From the IMG/VR virus record IMGVR_UViG_3300010348_000599: a stretch of DNA of 64,000 bases; one strand, given 5' to 3'. The position numbers and the translations under genes were made by a program. A model generated the notes under the pieces. That model was not told the DNA's origin, searched no databases, and saw only the letters and a program-made list of their open reading frames with translations. Of this stretch, positions 58,871-64,000 are shown one piece after another. Numbering within the stretch: the first letter of the stretch is position 1; the number at the start of each line of letters is the position of its first letter. This stretch comes from a virus.

Positions 58871-59872
58871 ATGAATATTGAACAGTTAATCAAATCTTAC
58901 GTGAGCTTTAATAGTAGCAATCATACATGGCATAATGTTATGTGCCCAATTTGTAATGATTATAAAGTTAGAGCTGCATTTAGATTTGATAATAATGGAG
59001 AAAGTTGTACTTATCACTGTTTTAATCACAGTTCTTGTGGAGGTGCTTATAATCCACAAGAAACTGCTGGTTTCATGTCAGCTAATTTTAAAAATGTATT
59101 GCATCATTTTGGTATTAGTGAAATCGAGATTAAAGAATTAATTTTTAGAAACAATCTTCAATATAATAATAAAAACACTAGTCATAGTTCAACAAAAAAT
59201 GATATACCAATCAAACCAACAAGTTTATTATTACCACCATATTTTAACAAATTAGATATAGTGCGTGATGCATTTTCTGAGGAATGTGTTGTTTATTTAA
59301 AAGATAGATGTATTGATTACAAAAAATTTGATTTTTATTATACAACTAAAACTCCAATTGATGTATGGGACTATAGATTAATTATACCAGCCTTTTATAA
59401 AGACCAACTTGTACATTATCAGGGTAGAGATATACTGGATATACATGAAAAAAGATATTATAAAATCAATACTCCCATTGAGAATGTATTATACAATATG
59501 AATGAACTATTTCGTAATACATCAGAAACATTACTTGTTTTTGAAGGTGTTTTTGATGGTTTATGTTTATCTAATAATTTTGTGGCTATTACATCGTCAA
59601 ATTTTTCATTAGGTCAAATCAAGTGGTTAAAAAATACGAAACGTCGTATAGTTATTGTTCCTGATATTGATATGTCTGGTTTAGAATTAATTAAACAAGG
59701 CATAGACAACGGCTTTGAAATTAGTTTTCCAAAATTACCAATTAATACTGATATCAATGAATGTGTTAAAAAATTTGGTCAATTATTTGTTTTGAAAGAA
59801 ATTTTTAGTAATATATATAAAGAAGATGAGGCGAGAATACGTCTCGAATTACTAAAAATGGATTTAACATGA
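58871..59872 (+). CDS. DNA primase, T4 gp61-like
   Basis: Zinc finger CPIC...CFN...C, YL..R, RLIIP, QGR, TOPRIM FEGVFD and PDID. Confidence 0.88.
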   Translation: MNIEQLIKSYVSFNSSNHTWHNVMCPICNDYKVRAAFRFDNNGESCTYHCFNHSSCGGAYNPQETAGFMSANFKNVLHHFGISEIEIKELIFRNNLQYNNKNTSHSSTKNDIPIKPTSLLLPPYFNKLDIVRDAFSEECVVYLKDRCIDYKKFDFYYTTKTPIDVWDYRLIIPAFYKDQLVHYQGRDILDIHEKRYYKINTPIENVLYNMNELFRNTSETLLVFEGVFDGLCLSNNFVAITSSNFSLGQIKWLKNTKRRIVIVPDIDMSGLELIKQGIDNGFEISFPKLPINTDINECVKKFGQLFVLKEIFSNIYKEDEARIRLELLKMDLT

Positions 59873-62800
59873 CTAACGATAATGATATTAGCCTTTTATC
59901 CCAAAGAGAACATGTCCGCATTAGACCTTCACAATTTTTAGGTAGTATTATACCTGAAACATCGATTATTCCTTATAATGATAATGGAAAATTTAATACA
60001 AAAGAAATAACATATACTCCTGCTTGTATTAGATGTATAAATGAAATTTTAGAAAACTCTTGTGATGAGTTTTTACGTTCGAAAATTAAAAAACCTATTT
60101 TGAATATTATTTTTGATGAAGATACAAAAAAAATTACTATAAGTGATAATGGTACAGGCATTCCAATTGGTACACACACATCTGGTTTGCCTACACCACA
60201 AGTTGTTGTATGCTATCTTGGTTCTGGTAGCAATTTTAAAGCAAATAAAGAAGCAGGAATGCAAGGTCAAAATGGTGTTGGTGCTGCTTGTGTTAATTTC
60301 TGTTCTAAAGAGTTTACTGTATCGGTGGCACGCGATAAACAAATATATAATCAAACTTTTATAAATGGTACAGAAATTATCACAACCCCTTCAATATCTC
60401 CTCAATCATCAAAACCATATATCACAGGAACAACCATATCTTTTATATTAGATGAAGATATTTTTCCTGTTATTATTCCAACTTTTTGGTTAAATGTAAA
60501 GGCACAAGAAATTGCTAATACTATTCCAAATTTGACCGTGTTTTTAACGGTTATAACACGTGGAAATCAAAATCAATATGAATATTCATATTCTCAATCA
60601 ACCCGCTTTATACACGAGAAAACACACAGTTTAATAAGTGAAAATTGCAATATTACTATTATTACCGATACGGCAAAATATGGTAATTATGCGTGGGTAA
60701 ATGGTGGGTACCTGTTTGATGGTGGTTCTTGCATACAACATTTAGAACAGATATTCATTAACAAAGTAACTGAGTACATTGAACCTATTGTTAAAAAAGA
60801 AAAATTAAAATTTACTAAGGAAGATATACTTCAAAATATTATTTTTTTAACAAACCTGTTAGTATCCGATCCGTTATATGACTCACAAGCAAAAACGAGA
60901 TTTAAAGGTCCATCACAGAAAAAAACACTAGAAGAATGTTTTTGTTTTATTGATAAGTTTTTTAAGTTACATCCAACGTATATTGATAGTGTGTTGGAAA
61001 CAATCAGATCAAAAACAAACAACAAAGCTAAAAAACAAATTGAGAAAAAAAATAAACTTCATTTTATCGAAGGTTATTTAAAAGCTACATCAACGGATAG
61101 AACATTAACGTGGTTATTACTGAATGAAGGTCTATCAGCAGCTAGTCAAGTTTCCGCAGCACGTGATCCCAAGTATATTGGATCTTTGCCACTTGGTGGA
61201 AAAATGAATAACGTATATGATAGAACTCCATCACAATTACTTGCTATGCCAAAGATTGTTGATCTAATGCAAATTATTGGATTAGTTCCAGGTAAAAAAG
61301 CAATCCGCACAGAATTAAACTATTATCATGTGGTGATTGCCACAGATGCAGATCCAGATGGTGATGGTATTTTTGTTAATCTTGTTAATGTTTTTTATAG
61401 TCAATGGCCCGAGCTATTTGAAGACAAAGAAACACCATTTTTATATCGTTTAAATGCTCCTAATATAGTTGCTGTTACATCAAAAGATAGAATGCATTTC
61501 AAAAACCGTCAAGATTATGAACAAAACAAACATAAAATAAAATCTAAATTTCATATTGAATATATGAAAGGTTTAGGATCAATGACTATTTCAGATTGGA
61601 AAAAATGTCTTGAAAATAAAAATTCTTTAGAGCCTGTAATAGCTGATGATAGTTTCTCAAACTGGTTGGACATCTTTTTCTCAAAAGATGTTAAACGAAG
61701 AAAAGAGTGGTTAACTAATCCCAACAATAATGAGACGAATGTAATTGAAAAAGCATATAGAAACTTCTCTTTATATACGCTTGAAGATAGAGCTTTATTA
61801 TATCTTCAAGATGGATTAAGAGCATCTATTAGAAGATCCTTATGGTTAGCTAAAGATGCTAGCAAACAAAAAACGTTATCTTTAAGTGGTAGTGTAGCAA
61901 AACTGCATCCACACGGAGATGTAGCTGAAGTCATCCAAAACTTTACCAGTGTGTTTAAAAACAATATTGCATATTTTAATGGAAATGATGCAGGTTTTGG
62001 AACGTTATTATCTCCATCCCAATATAGTGCTCCGAGATATACATCTGTAGATGTTGCTGATTTTACTAGAGATGTAATACTTAAAGATCTCGAATTGGTA
62101 CCAATGAAAAATAATTACGATGAAACGACAATTGAGCCAGAAATATTATTACCATTAATTCCATTACATTTCCTAAATCCCACATCAGGGATTGCGACAG
62201 GATTTAAATGTGAAACATTACCATATGATCTGAAAGATATTATTGATGCGCAAATATGTATTTTAGACAATAAGCCATTTCCTGACATGGTGCCCTACTT
62301 TAAACCATTAAATCAACATGGTACATTTAGTAAAATCACAGATAATGGTAATAAATGTTGGATTTTTAATGGTACTGTGGAAAAAATATCAACCTTTAAG
62401 TGGAGAGTAACATCTCTCCCATTCGGACTGGTTCATAGTAAATTTATACAGAATATGTATGAGTTATACACAAAGGGAATTGTAACTAATATTGATGACA
62501 GTAGTAGTGATCACATTGATTGTGTTATTTCGTTTTCACGTACAATGGAGTTATCATTGGATAACGTAATAGATGTTTTGGGATTGCAAAATAGTATTGC
62601 AGAATGTTTATACTTTATTGATTTTACCAACAAGTCTGTGAGACATTTTACAATAGAATCAGCATTTTATGAATTTACACATCATAGATTATCGTTTTAT
62701 CCAAAACGTTTACAGCTTCAAAATGAACAATTATTAAAAGAATTATCCTTTTATCACGAATTAGTTAAAACTATAGATATCATTACTGAACATGGTTTAC

Positions 62801-63045
62801 AAATTCAACACACTAAAAAAGATATTGAAAATCTTTTATTAAATAATGGAGTTGTCGATAATTTGGATAGAATCATAAGTTTACCACTCTATAGATTCAA
62901 TAAAGATGAGAAAGAAAAATGTTTGTGTATTATTGATCAGAAAAATGCTCTTGTTAATTATAACACATCTATTATTTGTGATGAGAAATCTTTAAGAAAA
63001 TTGTATAAAAAGGAATTAATGGATATTAAAAAGCGGTATTGTTGA
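59869..63045 (+). CDS. Single-chain type IIA DNA topoisomerase (GyrB-like + GyrA-like fused)
   Basis: GHKL EILENSCDE, DNGTGIP, GQNGVG; TOPRIM EGLSA, DADPDG, KGLGS; linker RRKEWL; DGL, HPHGD, catalytic APRY; one ORF. Confidence 0.93.
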   Translation: MTNDNDISLLSQREHVRIRPSQFLGSIIPETSIIPYNDNGKFNTKEITYTPACIRCINEILENSCDEFLRSKIKKPILNIIFDEDTKKITISDNGTGIPIGTHTSGLPTPQVVVCYLGSGSNFKANKEAGMQGQNGVGAACVNFCSKEFTVSVARDKQIYNQTFINGTEIITTPSISPQSSKPYITGTTISFILDEDIFPVIIPTFWLNVKAQEIANTIPNLTVFLTVITRGNQNQYEYSYSQSTRFIHEKTHSLISENCNITIITDTAKYGNYAWVNGGYLFDGGSCIQHLEQIFINKVTEYIEPIVKKEKLKFTKEDILQNIIFLTNLLVSDPLYDSQAKTRFKGPSQKKTLEECFCFIDKFFKLHPTYIDSVLETIRSKTNNKAKKQIEKKNKLHFIEGYLKATSTDRTLTWLLLNEGLSAASQVSAARDPKYIGSLPLGGKMNNVYDRTPSQLLAMPKIVDLMQIIGLVPGKKAIRTELNYYHVVIATDADPDGDGIFVNLVNVFYSQWPELFEDKETPFLYRLNAPNIVAVTSKDRMHFKNRQDYEQNKHKIKSKFHIEYMKGLGSMTISDWKKCLENKNSLEPVIADDSFSNWLDIFFSKDVKRRKEWLTNPNNNETNVIEKAYRNFSLYTLEDRALLYLQDGLRASIRRSLWLAKDASKQKTLSLSGSVAKLHPHGDVAEVIQNFTSVFKNNIAYFNGNDAGFGTLLSPSQYSAPRYTSVDVADFTRDVILKDLELVPMKNNYDETTIEPEILLPLIPLHFLNPTSGIATGFKCETLPYDLKDIIDAQICILDNKPFPDMVPYFKPLNQHGTFSKITDNGNKCWIFNGTVEKISTFKWRVTSLPFGLVHSKFIQNMYELYTKGIVTNIDDSSSDHIDCVISFSRTMELSLDNVIDVLGLQNSIAECLYFIDFTNKSVRHFTIESAFYEFTHHRLSFYPKRLQLQNEQLLKELSFYHELVKTIDIITEHGLQIQHTKKDIENLLLNNGVVDNLDRIISLPLYRFNKDEKEKCLCIIDQKNALVNYNTSIICDEKSLRKLYKKELMDIKKRYC

Positions 63046-63058
63046 TACCGCTTTTTAA
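63026..63058. terminator. Bidirectional terminator between convergent topoisomerase and nrdB genes
   Basis: TTAAAAAGCGGTAT-TGTTG-ATACCGCTTTTTAA. Confidence 0.8.
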
Positions 63059-63061
63059 CTG

Positions 63062-64000
63062 TTAATCTAATGATAATGTTTTTAGGAACGATGGATCAAT
63101 GTCCATTAAAACGCTACCAACACGATAACTTGTAACATCTGTTTCTTGGGGAGCTTTTTGTACACCCTCAGATGATGTCCATTTCTCTAAGTAATCAATC
63201 GGGTCAGGTTCAACAGCGTAAATTGTTCCCAAATCAATAGAAATACAGCTTTTGTTAACTGTTTGGCGCACGTTTTGTTTTAACATGTGTGCATTAACAC
63301 CAAGTAATGTCGTATCATTTTCAAACAAATAATCTGCCCATTCTTGTTCTTGGTCCCCACATGCTTTTGCAATACTTCTTGCTTCATCGCGACATTCATC
63401 GATAATTTGTATCCATTCAAGATCATTCTCATAATGTTTTAAACATTTAAGAATCATTCGTACCAACGCCACATGCATTTTCTCATCTCGTGCAATAAGT
63501 GTCATAATTGCAGCAATACCTTCAATTAATCCATTTTGAGCAAATGCAAAATGACAAGCAAAACTAACAAAAAATCTTACTGACTCTAACATATACACAT
63601 TAACAAGAGCTAAATAAAGCAATTTTTTTAATGTGTATGTATCACCAATTCCTGTTGTTAGATATTTATATCCATAATCAATAAACGCATCATAGTGTTT
63701 GGTTACATCTTTCGCACATTCAATAATATGTTTGTCGTCAAGAACTGTATCAAAAATTTCAGACGGATTAGTATACATATCACGTAAAATATGTTGATAG
63801 CTACGACTATGGATTGTTTCAAAAAATGTCCATGCTTGAATTGCTGCTTCTAATTCTGGAAGTGTGACAAATGGTAAAAACGCAACAGATGGGCCTCTTC
63901 CATTTGCAGAATCAAGTAAAATTTGACGTTTTAGATTTTTATTAAAAAACACACGATGTTCATCGTTAAACTGCATTTGATAATCATTTCTATCTTTAAT
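63062..64000 (-). CDS. nrdB: Class Ia ribonucleotide reductase beta subunit (5' end outside the window)
   Basis: LLDS, ETIHSRSY (radical Tyr), LESVRFFVSF, IARDE..H, APQE; frame stays open to the window edge. Confidence 0.95.
   Translation of the reverse strand: MKDRNDYQMQFNDEHRVFFNKNLKRQILLDSANGRGPSVAFLPFVTLPELEAAIQAWTFFETIHSRSYQHILRDMYTNPSEIFDTVLDDKHIIECAKDVTKHYDAFIDYGYKYLTTGIGDTYTLKKLLYLALVNVYMLESVRFFVSFACHFAFAQNGLIEGIAAIMTLIARDEKMHVALVRMILKCLKHYENDLEWIQIIDECRDEARSIAKACGDQEQEWADYLFENDTTLLGVNAHMLKQNVRQTVNKSCISIDLGTIYAVEPDPIDYLEKWTSSEGVQKAPQETDVTSYRVGSVLMDIDPSFLKTLSLD

Noticed and set aside
1..64000. tRNA/rRNA genes, or stop-codon reassignment as in some large phages
   Set aside because: No cloverleaf or rRNA-like sequence recognised by eye in the short intergenic gaps; long intact ORFs end in TAA, TAG and TGA under the standard code.

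Overview
AT-rich 64-kb segment of a large (probably jumbo) T4-superfamily myovirus read in the standard genetic code; spanin-like genes suggest a Gram-negative host (inference). It contains head genes (gp21 protease, gp20 portal), a probable tape measure, a long baseplate operon, gp55 late sigma with many TAAATA late promoters, and replication/nucleotide genes (fused gp47-gp46, single-chain topoisomerase II, primase, NAD ligase, NrdB, DHFR). Several counter-defence-type genes are also present. Highlights: (1) An IS200/IS605-type tnpB element with intact ends (6861-8124) plus a separate 226-bp tnpB-less element (11167-11392). The latter keeps a covarying omegaRNA scaffold, a late promoter and a different guide, and is inserted in a probable replication origin. 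(2) A textbook -1 frameshift signal joining the gp26-like and gp51-like genes. (3) nadV split in two by a GIY-YIG endonuclease with no room for an intron. (4) A QueD/DpdA-like cluster suggesting 7-deazaguanine DNA modification. (5) A class-3-type intein in PhoH. All product calls come from motif recognition by eye; no searches were run.
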